From positions 64,707 to 128,706 of the forward strand of contig CAZEDL010000002.1 of NCBI GenBank assembly GCA_964510885.1: a DNA stretch of 64,000 bases, given 5' to 3'. Below, piece after piece: positions 38,893 through 48,653 of the stretch; the first letter of the stretch is position 1; each line of letters starts with the position of its first letter. Under the pieces are notes generated by a model. That model was given only the letters and a program-made list of their open reading frames with translations, searched no databases and was not told where the DNA came from. A program made the translations under genes and the position numbers. The stretch comes from an uncultured Gammaproteobacteria bacterium (GTDB lineage Bacteria; Patescibacteriota; Patescibacteriia; Magasanikbacterales; GWA2-37-8).

Positions 38893-39035
38893 AGTGAGTG
38901 ACTAAAATTTACTTTTGTCCGAACGAGGAGGGTCATATACCTTACAGTATATGACACCCACAAGCAAAGACTGCTTTCAATCAATTGTGTTAGACAGTAT
39001 AATAAACCTGGCTAAAAAGTCAATAACCTTTCTCT

Positions 39036-39365
39036 ATGGATTTCTTTTCTGATTTTTTTTACCTTCACCCTGTCATTATTTCCTACCTGGGGCTTATAAA
39101 CCTGATTGCCTTCTTTATTTACGGCTTGGATAAAGTATATGCAAGAGCCAATGCCTGGCGTGTGCGAGAACGCACGCTGCTGCTGTTAGCACTCTGCGGC
39201 GGGAGTTTGGGGGCGATTTTGGGAATCCAGTTATTTCGACATAAGACTCGAAAAAATATTTTTTTACTTTATTTTAGCGTTATTTTAATAGCGCAGTTAG
39301 GATTACTTCTGTATTTTTACAGCGAGGTATTGGCATTTAATGGCCAAATCGCCAGTGGGTTGTAA
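39036..39365 (+). CDS. DUF1294-like small membrane protein
   Basis: Three TM helices and a YGLDK...A..AWRV.E..LL motif. Confidence 0.55.
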   Translation: MDFFSDFFYLHPVIISYLGLINLIAFFIYGLDKVYARANAWRVRERTLLLLALCGGSLGAILGIQLFRHKTRKNIFLLYFSVILIAQLGLLLYFYSEVLAFNGQIASGL

Positions 39366-39709
39366 TATATTTTCGCCAAGTTGTATCAATACTTTTGTTT
39401 TGGTACAGTAAATTCCCATACCGAACCTCGTGGTGCCAACCGGAGGCAACTTCGGGCACGAGACAAAACTCCGCTGGCTTTCGGTACCAGCAGAGGGAGG
39501 GTAATCATGAGCAAGCTAAAGCTGTGCCGCGAGACACTTCGCTGTCTTTCGGCCCCGGAACCTTCGGCAGCCGCTCTCACAACGACTACCGAATTTTTCG
39601 ATTAAAATAACTCGGGTGCGGTGTGAACAATGTAATGGTGCTACCTTTTTACACCTCACCCCTTCATTTTTTATAAATAAAAGCCTAATTTTATCGAAAG
39701 AAACCATGA

Positions 39710-39738
39710 TTGACAACAATAAGCTACCATGATATATT
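39710..39738 (+). promoter_or_regulatory. near-consensus sigma-70 promoter TTGACA-17-TATATT
   Basis: ttgaca 39710-15 and tatatt 39733-38, flanked by a direct repeat ACCATGAT at 39703 and 39727. Confidence 0.5.
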
Positions 39739-39791
39739 CGTGCCGAAATTGACTGGCTCCCTGGCCAGTCCGTTAACATAATTTTACCCAC

Positions 39792-39962
39792 TATGGCAAT
39801 GGATTTTGATGACGCCTGGCCGCAGGGCACTGGCACGAGTGACGACAATGACGAAGACGACATGAATGGAATGTCTGAAATGGACGAGGATGAAGATGAT
39901 ACTGATGGAGCGAATGATGATGACAGCGATGACGCTGATGGCGAAGATGACGACATGATGTA
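39792..39962 (+). CDS. 56-aa hyper-acidic small protein
   Basis: MAMDFDDAWPQGTGTSDDNDEDDMNGMSEMDEDEDDTDGANDDDSDDADGEDDDMM with its own promoter and terminator; it falls below the ORF-track size cutoff. Confidence 0.5.
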
Positions 39963-39980
39963 ATTAGCGGAAAAATAAAA

Positions 39981-40006
39981 ACTCCAGCACTAGTGGCTGG
40001 AGTTTT
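39981..40006. terminator. bidirectional intrinsic terminator
   Basis: ctccagc-cactagtg-gctggag followed by TTTTT (and an A-tract on the other strand), serving the acidic gene and efp. Confidence 0.75.
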
Positions 40007-40026
40007 TATTTGTTTTATTGTGAATG

Positions 40027-40587
40027 TTAGGCGCGGGTGGAGTATTCGCCAGTTTCGGTATTCACCAAAATCTCTTCGCCTTCTTTGATAAAAATCGGCG
40101 CCTGGATCTTGAGACCATTATCAAGGCCAATTTCCTTGGTCACATTACCGGCAGCACTATCACCCTTCACAGCCGGTGGGGCTTCCACCACTTTATACTG
40201 GATCTTTTTAGGAAGCTGGATGCTGACGGGACGTTCTTCATAGAGACCGATTACCACATCAAGGCCTTCCTTGAGATATTTAGAATCATCGCCTACCAGT
40301 TCGCCATTCATTTCGATCTGCTCGTAGTTATTCATGTTCATGAAGGCAAAGTTGTCACCGGTTTTGTATAGATATTGCATGGTCTGGAATTGGACACTGA
40401 CAATATCAACCGATTCACTGGTTTTATAGGTAATTTCGATTACCTTGCCGTTGCCGAGGTTTTTCATGCGGGTGCGCACGAAGGCAGCGCCCTTGCCCGG
40501 GTTAACGTGCTGGAATTCGACCACAACATACAAATCGTTCTGGTGGCGAATCACGACTCCTTTTCTGACGTCAGAGGTTGAGGCCAT
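40027..40587 (-). CDS. efp: elongation factor P
   Basis: 186 aa with a VNPGKGAAFVRTRMKN loop carrying a conserved Lys at the EF-P modification position. Confidence 0.95.
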   Translation of the reverse strand: MASTSDVRKGVVIRHQNDLYVVVEFQHVNPGKGAAFVRTRMKNLGNGKVIEITYKTSESVDIVSVQFQTMQYLYKTGDNFAFMNMNNYEQIEMNGELVGDDSKYLKEGLDVVIGLYEERPVSIQLPKKIQYKVVEAPPAVKGDSAAGNVTKEIGLDNGLKIQAPIFIKEGEEILVNTETGEYSTRA

Positions 40588-40621
40588 ATATTAACATTAA
40601 ACTAAAATAAGCTTATATGAG

Positions 40622-41668
40622 TTAGACTGGCTGGTTCGGGAGCTGGTCTTGTACGGTCTGAAAGACTACCTGCTCTAAATCCCGAGCGCCGGTACACAAG
40701 AGTACCATACGATCTACGCCTAAAGCAATACCCCCGGCCGGGCCAGCGATATGCGGCAAAGCAGCTATAAACTCTGGGTCTACGGGCCAGGTGGGTTTAC
40801 CGAGGCTCTGGCGGCGAGCTTTATCAGCTTCAAGGCGCGCTTTTTGCTCCGCAGCATCAGTTAACTCACCAAAACCGTTGGCGATTTCGAGGCCAGCGAC
40901 ATACAATTCGGCGCGCTCGGCATAGCGCGGGTCGTGGTCGCAGACGCGTGACAACGAACAGAGGCGATGCGGATAGTCATAGACAAATAGCGGGCGCTCG
41001 CGACCAAGGTGCGGCTCGATATGATTGAGGAATAGTTTGAAAAAAACATCTTCATACTCATCGACGGCCTCGGGTGCATATCCTTTGGTGCTCGCCAATT
41101 GCTTTAAGGCATCAGTTTCAAGATAGTCATCGAGGTTGACACTCAGATATTCTTGCCACAACTGTTTCATGGTTTTGCGCTCAAAACCGACATTAGCCGA
41201 GACTACTGTTTTGCCATACACCAGGTTTGCGCACTCGAGGCGAGCAGTGACATATTTAAACAGCGCTTCGGTGTCATCCATAATTTCGCTCAGCGTGCCT
41301 GGGGCGCGGTACCACTCAATCATAGTGAACTCAGTGTTGTGCGTGCCATCCCCAAAGGCTTCGCCATTCCTAAAACATTTGGCAATTTGGAATAGGCGAG
41401 GGAAGCCAGCGGCTAGGAGTTTTTTCATCGCAAATTCGGGCGAGGTTTGGAGGCGAAAATTGACCATCTTTCCCACCGGATCGCGAAACGCAACGTCTAC
41501 CGGATCAAGATAGGGCTCTTGGCCGGGTAACGCAAGCGCGATTGGCGTATCAGCCTCAAGAAAATTCTGCGACCAAAAAAATTCACGAATCAGACGGGTA
41601 ATGGTGAGGCGCTTTTGATAGATGTCTTTGAGACGTGGATTGTCTGCGAGCTCTTTCCAGACGGTCAT
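40622..41668 (-). CDS. epmA: EF-P lysine ligase (EpmA/PoxA, LysRS class II catalytic-domain paralogue)
   Basis: 348-aa class II aaRS core (motifs 1-3: ...FRNGEAFGDGTHNTEFTMIEWY..., ...GIALGVDRMV...) with no anticodon-binding domain, adjacent to efp. Confidence 0.8.
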   Translation of the reverse strand: MTVWKELADNPRLKDIYQKRLTITRLIREFFWSQNFLEADTPIALALPGQEPYLDPVDVAFRDPVGKMVNFRLQTSPEFAMKKLLAAGFPRLFQIAKCFRNGEAFGDGTHNTEFTMIEWYRAPGTLSEIMDDTEALFKYVTARLECANLVYGKTVVSANVGFERKTMKQLWQEYLSVNLDDYLETDALKQLASTKGYAPEAVDEYEDVFFKLFLNHIEPHLGRERPLFVYDYPHRLCSLSRVCDHDPRYAERAELYVAGLEIANGFGELTDAAEQKARLEADKARRQSLGKPTWPVDPEFIAALPHIAGPAGGIALGVDRMVLLCTGARDLEQVVFQTVQDQLPNQPV

Positions 41669-41766
41669 AGATCTACATGTACAAATCTTATGGCGGTGTC
41701 ATTCCTGCGCAAACGGGTAACAAACAAATATCCCGACTGAGCGGGATATTTGAGGTGTTAGAAGTC

Positions 41767-42003
41767 TTATTTGGCAGTGTAGCTCATAAGAGCGCCTTGG
41801 CGCGCACGCTTGATGGCGTTCGCGACTTTGCGCTGATGCTTGGCACAGAGGCCAGAGCGGCGGCGCGGAGCGATCTTCATGTATGAAGATACGAAGCGGC
41901 GCAGCGTGCCAATGTCTTTATAATCGACCACTAATTTGTTGTTGGTGCAGTAGTGACAGCCTTTCAAATTGGTTTCGATTTTGGATGGCGTAGTCTGATT
42001 CAT
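41767..42003 (-). CDS. rpsR: 30S ribosomal protein S18
   Basis: [15 protein letters not shown]...[22 protein letters not shown]. Confidence 0.93.
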   Translation of the reverse strand: MNQTTPSKIETNLKGCHYCTNNKLVVDYKDIGTLRRFVSSYMKIAPRRRSGLCAKHQRKVANAIKRARQGALMSYTAK

Positions 42004-42029
42004 AGTTAACTAATAAATAAAGCGTTGGG

Positions 42030-42485
42030 TTAAAAGGGAATATCTTCGACTTTGATCTCTTCTTCCATTACTTCTTGCGGAGCATCGGCCTGATAGGTGG
42101 GCTCGCCACTCTGCACTGGAGCTGGACCGGAAAAACCACCCTCTGAGCTGCCGGCGCTGCGGCTGCCAAGCATAATCATGTTGTCAGCCACCACTTCGGT
42201 GCGGTAGCGCTTGACCCCATCTTGGCCAGTCCAATCGCGAGTCTGGAGGCGGCCTTCGATATAGACCTGACCACCTTTTCTCAGATATTGATTGGCGATT
42301 TCACCGAGCTTGCCCCACATCACGATGTTGTGGAATTCGCTCTGTTTTTGCTTCTGCCCCTGTGCATCAGTCCAGGTACGGCCGGTGGCGATACTGAAGC
42401 TGGCGACCGATTTGCCGCCGGGAGTGTTGCGCAGTTCCGGGTCGCGGGTCAGGCGGCCGATCAGCATGACTTTGTTGAGATCCAT
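42030..42485 (-). CDS. ssb: single-stranded DNA-binding protein
   Basis: OB-fold (NKVMLIGRLTRDPELR) and an acidic C-terminal tail ending in DIPF. Confidence 0.95.
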   Translation of the reverse strand: MDLNKVMLIGRLTRDPELRNTPGGKSVASFSIATGRTWTDAQGQKQKQSEFHNIVMWGKLGEIANQYLRKGGQVYIEGRLQTRDWTGQDGVKRYRTEVVADNMIMLGSRSAGSSEGGFSGPAPVQSGEPTYQADAPQEVMEEEIKVEDIPF

Positions 42486-42607
42486 ATAATTTGAAGCGTT
42501 AAATTGTTAAATGTTTCCGCCAGAGGCGGACCCGCTGTGGGAAAATTGTTTATTATTGGTACGGTACCAACAGTTTAACAATTTAGCAATGTAACAATGG
42601 TGTACAG

Positions 42608-43165
42608 TTACACTCCAGGAATGATGTTGTCGCCGCTCAAAATTTCGTCTAATTTTTTGGTGATCTCTTCCATTGCCATCGGATCAGGCTTAACTTTGGA
42701 GAATGGAACTGATGCGGCTGGAGCCGTAGCTTTTTTGGCTGGGGCTGCAGTTTCGGCCGTAGCTTCTGCCACTACTGGCATATCCATGGCCAGTTTGTCG
42801 GACATAGCTTTGTCAGCTGCCGGTTCACGATTCATCATCGTAGCCTCGGCACTGTAAGCCATTTTTTGCGTTGGGGTGAGGGCAATATTGAAATTGGTCA
42901 CCATGGTGCGCAGCACATCGCGTAAAAGCGACAGCTTGGTCTCGAGGGCCTTGAGCGGTTCGGACTCGGCCGTAAAGACTACCGTGTAGAAATAGCCGTA
43001 GCGAATCTGTTTGATAGGGTACGCCAGGCGGTTTTTGCCAATCGTAGTAAGTTCTACCTCTTTACCATGATCTTTTACCATCGCCACGATCTCGGTGGCG
43101 CGGGTTTCGGCCTGTTTTTCATCAAGGGTTCCCGGTAAAATTAACAATAACTCGTATTTTTTCAT
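42608..43165 (-). CDS. rpsF: 30S ribosomal protein S6 (with C-terminal extension)
   Basis: MKKYELLLILPGTLDEKQAE...NRLAYPIKQ; canonical rpsF-ssb-rpsR order. Confidence 0.9.
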   Translation of the reverse strand: MKKYELLLILPGTLDEKQAETRATEIVAMVKDHGKEVELTTIGKNRLAYPIKQIRYGYFYTVVFTAESEPLKALETKLSLLRDVLRTMVTNFNIALTPTQKMAYSAEATMMNREPAADKAMSDKLAMDMPVVAEATAETAAPAKKATAPAASVPFSKVKPDPMAMEEITKKLDEILSGDNIIPGV

Positions 43166-43476
43166 ACCAGACTATGACGTTAATTAACTAAAGCGTTGTA
43201 CCTACCATGCCGGAGCTAGCGGCTGATAGGCAGAAAGGCAGTAATAAGTAGCAGAATACTAGCTAATTCTGGCAGAAAAGTCAACTACTCTCTCTGGTGA
43301 CAGAGATGTGGTATACTGTTTTCGAACTAGAGATACATTCTTTCATAGATCTCCTACTCCCAAAGCTCTGGCTGTAGTTGCAGATGGCACAAGTACCGCT
43401 TCTACAACTACATCCCAGTGAGTTGATTTTTTAGACCGGCCACGGTAGAGTGGGGCCAGCGTGACTTGTATAGCCT

Positions 43477-44670
43477 ATGATGCGATATTGGTTTTTATTG
43501 GGCCGAGAACCGTTATTATCGGCCGCCGAATTGGTGGCTGTTTTTAAATTACATGATTACGAATTAAACGGGCCATTTTTGATGGCGGAATTACCAGCCG
43601 CCTTAACATCCCCGGGGGCAGCTATGGCGCGCCTTGGCGGCACTATTAAACTAGCCTCAGAAATTGGAACTGGTCTTTCCGAAGGAGAGCTACTCGACTG
43701 CCTAGTTACAGAGCTAGATGCCGTAGATGGAAAAATTCATTTTGGGATTAGCATATATTCAAAGGAGCAAGGAGCAAAGAGCAAGGAGCAATTGAATGAT
43801 GTGGTGTATCGGTGGGGAAAAGAGCTTAAAACCCGCTTAAAAGAAACAGGGAGGTCGGTGCGTCATGTGTTTAATCGAGAAGCAATTTTGTCTTCTGTAT
43901 CCGTGGCAAAAAATGGCCTCACTAATCGCGGGGCTGAATTTTTGGTGCGTGAAAGCGGTGGGAAGTATACCGTCGCTCGGACACTGGCGGTGCAACCGTT
44001 CGAGGCCTTTGGGGCACGAGATTTTGGGCGCCCTGGGCGCGATGATGTGAGCGGCATGTTGCCACCTAAGCTGGCGCTGATGATGATTAATCTGGCGGGG
44101 ATGCCCGAGAGTGCTCATCTACTTGATCCATTTTGCGGATCGGGCACGATTCTTACCGAAGCGCTACTACTTGGATATACAAAATTGACTGGCAGCGACC
44201 TGTCGGAGCGCGCTATTGCCGACACGCGGCAGAATATTGCTTGGACGATAGAACAAGCACGCTTAGCACTTACCGCTGACGATGTTCGACTGGAAACAAC
44301 ATCTGTTCTCGAGCTAAGCACGATTATGGTACCGAATTCGATCGAGGCGATTGTAACCGAGCCGTATTTAGGGAAGCCGTTGAAAGGGAATGAGCCGCGT
44401 GAATTGCTCGAGGCCCAAATTCAGGAACTGAAAATGTTATATTTAAAAGCCTTTGTTCAGTTTAAAGAAATTTTACAGCCGGGTGGAAAAATTGTTTTCT
44501 TACTACCGCGTTTTAAATTCCGAAATGAGTGGTTGCGGATAGATTGCCGGGCAGAAATTGAAGCGCTGGGTTTTTCTGTGGTTACATTACTTGATACCCA
44601 TGATTACTTACTCTATGCCCGGCCCGATCAACGCGTGGGGCGTGAAGTATGGTGTTTTACCAAAAAGTAA
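43477..44670 (+). CDS. THUMP-domain class I SAM-dependent RNA methyltransferase (RlmL/Trm14-like, probable m2G)
   Basis: PPKLALMMINLAGM...DPFCGSGTILTEA motif I plus an NPPY-like region; a THUMP-like domain precedes the methyltransferase domain. Confidence 0.65.
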   Translation: MMRYWFLLGREPLLSAAELVAVFKLHDYELNGPFLMAELPAALTSPGAAMARLGGTIKLASEIGTGLSEGELLDCLVTELDAVDGKIHFGISIYSKEQGAKSKEQLNDVVYRWGKELKTRLKETGRSVRHVFNREAILSSVSVAKNGLTNRGAEFLVRESGGKYTVARTLAVQPFEAFGARDFGRPGRDDVSGMLPPKLALMMINLAGMPESAHLLDPFCGSGTILTEALLLGYTKLTGSDLSERAIADTRQNIAWTIEQARLALTADDVRLETTSVLELSTIMVPNSIEAIVTEPYLGKPLKGNEPRELLEAQIQELKMLYLKAFVQFKEILQPGGKIVFLLPRFKFRNEWLRIDCRAEIEALGFSVVTLLDTHDYLLYARPDQRVGREVWCFTKK

Positions 44671-44741
44671 CTTGAAATGCGAACGCCCCCGGAAGACAGA
44701 TGTCTCCCGGGGGCGGTGTTGGCATGTTAGGCATCAGCCTA

Positions 44742-45152
44742 CTAATCAGCGCCGGCGATTTGGCTGAGACGCTCTGCGTGGAGCGCCTCGGCGACTGCGC
44801 GGGTGAGCCAGAGCTGCATCCCGGGGAAGTCGCGCGCATTGAACCTTGCGGCCCAACTCGCGCTGCCCATCACGGTGTGCGCCTGCGCACCACTGTACAC
44901 GGTCACTTGCTCCACCACCTGGTCCTTGCGGACCATACGGAGGATCACCGCGCCGTCCATGTTTTCGTCAAGGACGAACTCGATGTTATCGTTTTCTGGG
45001 TCAGGCTCGGGCTTTACCTCGGTCTCTGGGGGCCAGCCCTCCCTGGGGGTTGCGGAACTCATCCAGGTCTCCTCCAACCTGGCGGCCTGCTGGGGTGTCA
45101 GATACCCCTTCTGGAAACTTTTCGCAATGTTCAGAATCTCGACGTGGATCAT
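44742..45152 (-). CDS. hypothetical protein (GC-rich gene)
   Basis: 136-aa ORF with an acidic middle region (PEPDPENDNIEFVLDENMDGAV); composition is strongly GC-rich compared with the flanks. Confidence 0.45.
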   Translation of the reverse strand: MIHVEILNIAKSFQKGYLTPQQAARLEETWMSSATPREGWPPETEVKPEPDPENDNIEFVLDENMDGAVILRMVRKDQVVEQVTVYSGAQAHTVMGSASWAARFNARDFPGMQLWLTRAVAEALHAERLSQIAGAD

Positions 45153-45373
45153 CTTCTACCTCTACGCTTTAGCGCTGTTGTTTCGGAACATCTTTCCACC
45201 ACCAACAATAGGTGATGGCCAAAACCAACGAAACAACATTTTTACATGCCGTTTAGTCACTGGTTCTGTGCCAAAATTTGGCTAAAACACTAGACTAAAC
45301 ATATAATAATAGCATAAAAAATGGATTTTGTCAAGAGTAATGAAATCACTTTTTAGCGCCCGTTACTAATCGT

Positions 45374-47140
45374 ATGGCCACTCTGCTCGAAATCAAACAC
45401 CTCTCTAAATCTCATTTTCGCCAGCCCTTATTTACCGATGCCTCGGTAACAATCACAGAACGGCAAAAAATTGGGGTCATTGGCCGCAACGGCGCTGGCA
45501 AAACAACCCTATTTCGCATCATTATGGGCGAAGATCAGCCCGATAGTGGTGAAGTGCACATCCATGATCGGGCGCGGCTTGGCTATTTAGAACAACACGA
45601 CACGCCTGATCGCACTATCAGCGTCATCGCCCATTTAGAAGCCGTATCCGGCAAACCACGCTGGGAATGTGCCAAAATGGGGGCGAAATTCGACCTCAAC
45701 GCGGAGCAGTTAGAGTTACCCCTTGGCGCGTTATCGGGCGGATACCAGATGCGCGTAAAATTGGCGACCTTGCTCCTCGGTGAGCCAAATATTTTTTTAC
45801 TTGATGAACCAACCAACTATCTTGATATCCATACACAGCTACTTCTGGAAGAGGCGCTGCGCGCCTACAACGGCGCTTTTCTGATTATTTCGCATGATCG
45901 GGAATTTTTGAATCGCACCTGCACCGAGACACTCGAAGTGGAACACGGCCAGTTGAGGCTCTACCCCGGAACGATAACTGCTTATTTTGAACACAAGCGC
46001 GCTGAGCTGCACATGAAAGAGCGCTATAATGAAAAAATTGAGAAGCAGCAGGCGCATTTGCAAAAATTTGTTGACCGGTTTCGGTACAAGGCCAGCAAGG
46101 CCAGCCAAGCACAATCAAAATTAAAGGCACTCGAAAAATTAAAAACGGTGGAAATTGATGACCCGCTGGCGCGCGTGCGGATTTTTATTCCACCGGTCGA
46201 AGTGCGCAAGGGAGTGGCATTTTCGTGTCACCAACTAGCCATCGGATATGGAGAAAAAATTGTGGCGAGTGAGATTCGGTTTGATGTTGATCGCGGAGCA
46301 AAGGTGGTGATCGTGGGTGATAATGGGCATGGAAAAACGACATTTTTAAAAACCCTGGTCGGAGAACTGAATCCGCTCGCCGGGACATTTTATTGGGGGC
46401 ATGGCGCAGATATTGCCTACTATGCGCAACATATTCCAAGCCAGATGCCGCTTAATCTGAGCGCTTGGGAGTATTTAGAGCGGCAGGCTGGCCTCACGCT
46501 GCCTAAACAAGTGGTGCTGCATATGGCTGGAAATTTTTTGTTTGACCAGGTGGCGCTTGATAAAAAGATCGATATTTTGAGCGGCGGCGAACGAGCGCGG
46601 CTGTGTTTGGCCGGACTATTGTTGGCAGGCAAGAACACCCTGGTGCTCGATGAACCAACGAATCATTTGGATTTTGAAACCGTAGAAGCGCTTGGGCGAG
46701 CGCTAGCGGAGTGGCCCGGAACGGTATTTTTTATTAGCCATAACCGTACGTTTGTAGCCGGACTCGCGACGGTAGTAGTGGAAGCACACCACGGCCATAT
46801 TATTCGACATGCTGATTCGTATGAGTATTACCTACAGAATCTGGCTAGCCGGCTGCCACAAATAACTCCCACTGCAATGGTGGAGGACACTGTTGCAGCA
46901 GCTAAAAAATCCCTAGAGAACTCTCGAGAACACGAACGCGCGCTCAAGAAAAAATTACATGGGATTGAGGAAGATATTGCCGAATTAGTGACAGAGCGCA
47001 ACCGCTTGTTGGGGCGCCAGGCCAGGCGACCGGAAAAATTTTCAAGCGAAGAATATACGGAGCTTGGCAGTATTATGCGCCGGATCGAATTAGCTGAAGC
47101 TGAATGGCTAGCCGCGGCAGAAGCTTTGAAAACCATTTAA
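45374..47140 (+). CDS. ABC-F family ATPase (tandem ABC domains, C-terminal coiled coil)
   Basis: Two Walker A motifs (GRNGAGKTT, GDNGHGKTT), two signature motifs (LSGGYQMR, LSGGERAR), an inter-domain linker and no TM domain. Confidence 0.9.
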   Translation: MATLLEIKHLSKSHFRQPLFTDASVTITERQKIGVIGRNGAGKTTLFRIIMGEDQPDSGEVHIHDRARLGYLEQHDTPDRTISVIAHLEAVSGKPRWECAKMGAKFDLNAEQLELPLGALSGGYQMRVKLATLLLGEPNIFLLDEPTNYLDIHTQLLLEEALRAYNGAFLIISHDREFLNRTCTETLEVEHGQLRLYPGTITAYFEHKRAELHMKERYNEKIEKQQAHLQKFVDRFRYKASKASQAQSKLKALEKLKTVEIDDPLARVRIFIPPVEVRKGVAFSCHQLAIGYGEKIVASEIRFDVDRGAKVVIVGDNGHGKTTFLKTLVGELNPLAGTFYWGHGADIAYYAQHIPSQMPLNLSAWEYLERQAGLTLPKQVVLHMAGNFLFDQVALDKKIDILSGGERARLCLAGLLLAGKNTLVLDEPTNHLDFETVEALGRALAEWPGTVFFISHNRTFVAGLATVVVEAHHGHIIRHADSYEYYLQNLASRLPQITPTAMVEDTVAAAKKSLENSREHERALKKKLHGIEEDIAELVTERNRLLGRQARRPEKFSSEEYTELGSIMRRIELAEAEWLAAAEALKTI

Positions 47141-47172
47141 AACCTCCCAGCTGTGAAGTGTTACCAAATATG

Positions 47173-48255
47173 TTAGGCGTTAATATGGAAGTAGACAGTA
47201 TCACCATCTTGCACCACATAGTCTTTGCCTTCGAGGCGAAGTTTGCCACTGTCACGCAATTTTCCCCACCCACCGAGCGCTACAAAATCCGACCAGCCGA
47301 TCACATCGGCTTTGATAAAGCCTTTAATAAAATCGGTGTGGATGACTCCCGCAGCGTCCGGAGCTTTGGTGTTCTTCTGCACTGTCCAGGCGCGGGTTTC
47401 GGGTTCGCCGGAGGTAAAATAGGTAATCAAATTTAAGAGCTGATACCCCGCGGTAATCAGTTTATCTAATCCGCTCTTGGTGACGCCGGCGGCGCTTAAA
47501 AATTCTTTGGCTTCAGAGAGCGGTAAATCTGCCACTTCAGCTTCGAGCCTGGCACACAGCGCCACATGCGGCACCCCCGCTTCAATGACTGGATGTTTGG
47601 CTAGCGAGGCGTCGTCCACTTCATCCATATTCACCACGTACAGTAGCGGCTTCATGGTGAGGAGTTGAAGTTCTGTTACAAATGGTAATTCATCTGCCGT
47701 AAATTCAAGTTGGCGCACTGGGAGAGAATCTTGCAGCTGAGCATTTAACTTCTCTAATACAGCGAGCTGGCTGGCCACTTCTTTGGCACCAGCCCCTTTG
47801 GCAGATTTTTTTACTGTATCAAGGCGCTTCGATACGGTTTGGAGGTCTGCCAAGGCTAATTCCGTATTGATAATAGCTGCATCATCTTTTGGATCTACGC
47901 GATTATGCACGTGGGTAATATTGTGATCGGTAAAACCGCGCACCACCTGGGCAATGGCATCTACCTCGCGAATGTGCGATAAAAATTTGTTGCCAAGGCC
48001 TTCGCCGGTCGAGGCGCCTTTGACCAGGCCAGCAATATCAACAAATTCGATAGTGGTTGGAATAATCTTTTTAGATTGTGACGTAGCAGACAATTGCTGC
48101 AACCGTTCGTCGGGAACTTCGACTACGCCTACATTCGGATCAATGGTGCAGAATGGATAATTTTGGACGTTAGCCTGTTTGGTGCGGGTTAGAGCATTGA
48201 ACAACGTTGATTTGCCGACATTCGGCAGGCCGACGATACCGATGGAAAAAGACAT
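47173..48255 (-). CDS. ychF: ribosome-binding ATPase YchF
   Basis: G1 GLPNVGKST, an Obg-type G domain and a C-terminal TGS domain. Confidence 0.93.
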   Translation of the reverse strand: MSFSIGIVGLPNVGKSTLFNALTRTKQANVQNYPFCTIDPNVGVVEVPDERLQQLSATSQSKKIIPTTIEFVDIAGLVKGASTGEGLGNKFLSHIREVDAIAQVVRGFTDHNITHVHNRVDPKDDAAIINTELALADLQTVSKRLDTVKKSAKGAGAKEVASQLAVLEKLNAQLQDSLPVRQLEFTADELPFVTELQLLTMKPLLYVVNMDEVDDASLAKHPVIEAGVPHVALCARLEAEVADLPLSEAKEFLSAAGVTKSGLDKLITAGYQLLNLITYFTSGEPETRAWTVQKNTKAPDAAGVIHTDFIKGFIKADVIGWSDFVALGGWGKLRDSGKLRLEGKDYVVQDGDTVYFHINA

Positions 48256-48334
48256 ATATTCATGAAAGCATTAAAGCATAAAAACATTAAAACAGTGATT
48301 AAGACCAAGAACTCATTCTACAATCAATCAGTGC

Positions 48335-48420
48335 CATTCCTGACCAGGATCAGGAATCCACAATTCACTCCGAAAAGTAATGGATTCCCGCTGCTGCGCG
48401 GGAATGACAAGGTTGAAATG
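48335..48420. repeat. palindromic MITE/REP-like units
   Basis: cattcctgaccaggatcaggaatcc hairpin plus ggattcccgctgctgcgcgggaatgaca (the GTCATTCCCGCG...GGGAATCC type also seen at 23.0 kb). Confidence 0.65.
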
Positions 48421-48653
48421 ACCTCTAACACTTGTTAGGCATCTCACTGTTTTTATGTTTTAATGTTCTCGTGTTTTAATGTGGATGATTCTATAGCAAA
48501 CCGACTGTCTTGACAAGATGAGCCTGAATGCTTATAATTTGGTGGTTAATTGCAGTATTTTGGGCCTTTAGCTCATGCTTCAGCCAGAGGCTGATCCGCC
48601 TGTGGCGGAGGCTAGAGACGAATTTAATTTACTAGTGCCCACCGTACACTTTA

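Noticed and set aside
39516-39956. 146-aa Ser-rich minus-strand ORF
   Set aside because: It is the antisense of the Asp/Glu-rich small gene (GAT/GAC/GAA read backwards gives Ser/Val/Ile codons). The plus-strand gene has a promoter, SD and terminator.
44115-45285. ORFs 44700-45215, 44803-45285 and 44846-45172 (plus) and 44115-44321 (minus)
   Set aside because: These are overlapping alternative frames of the GC-rich islet or lie antisense to the methyltransferase gene. Only 44742-45152 (minus) has a plausible start and protein-like composition.
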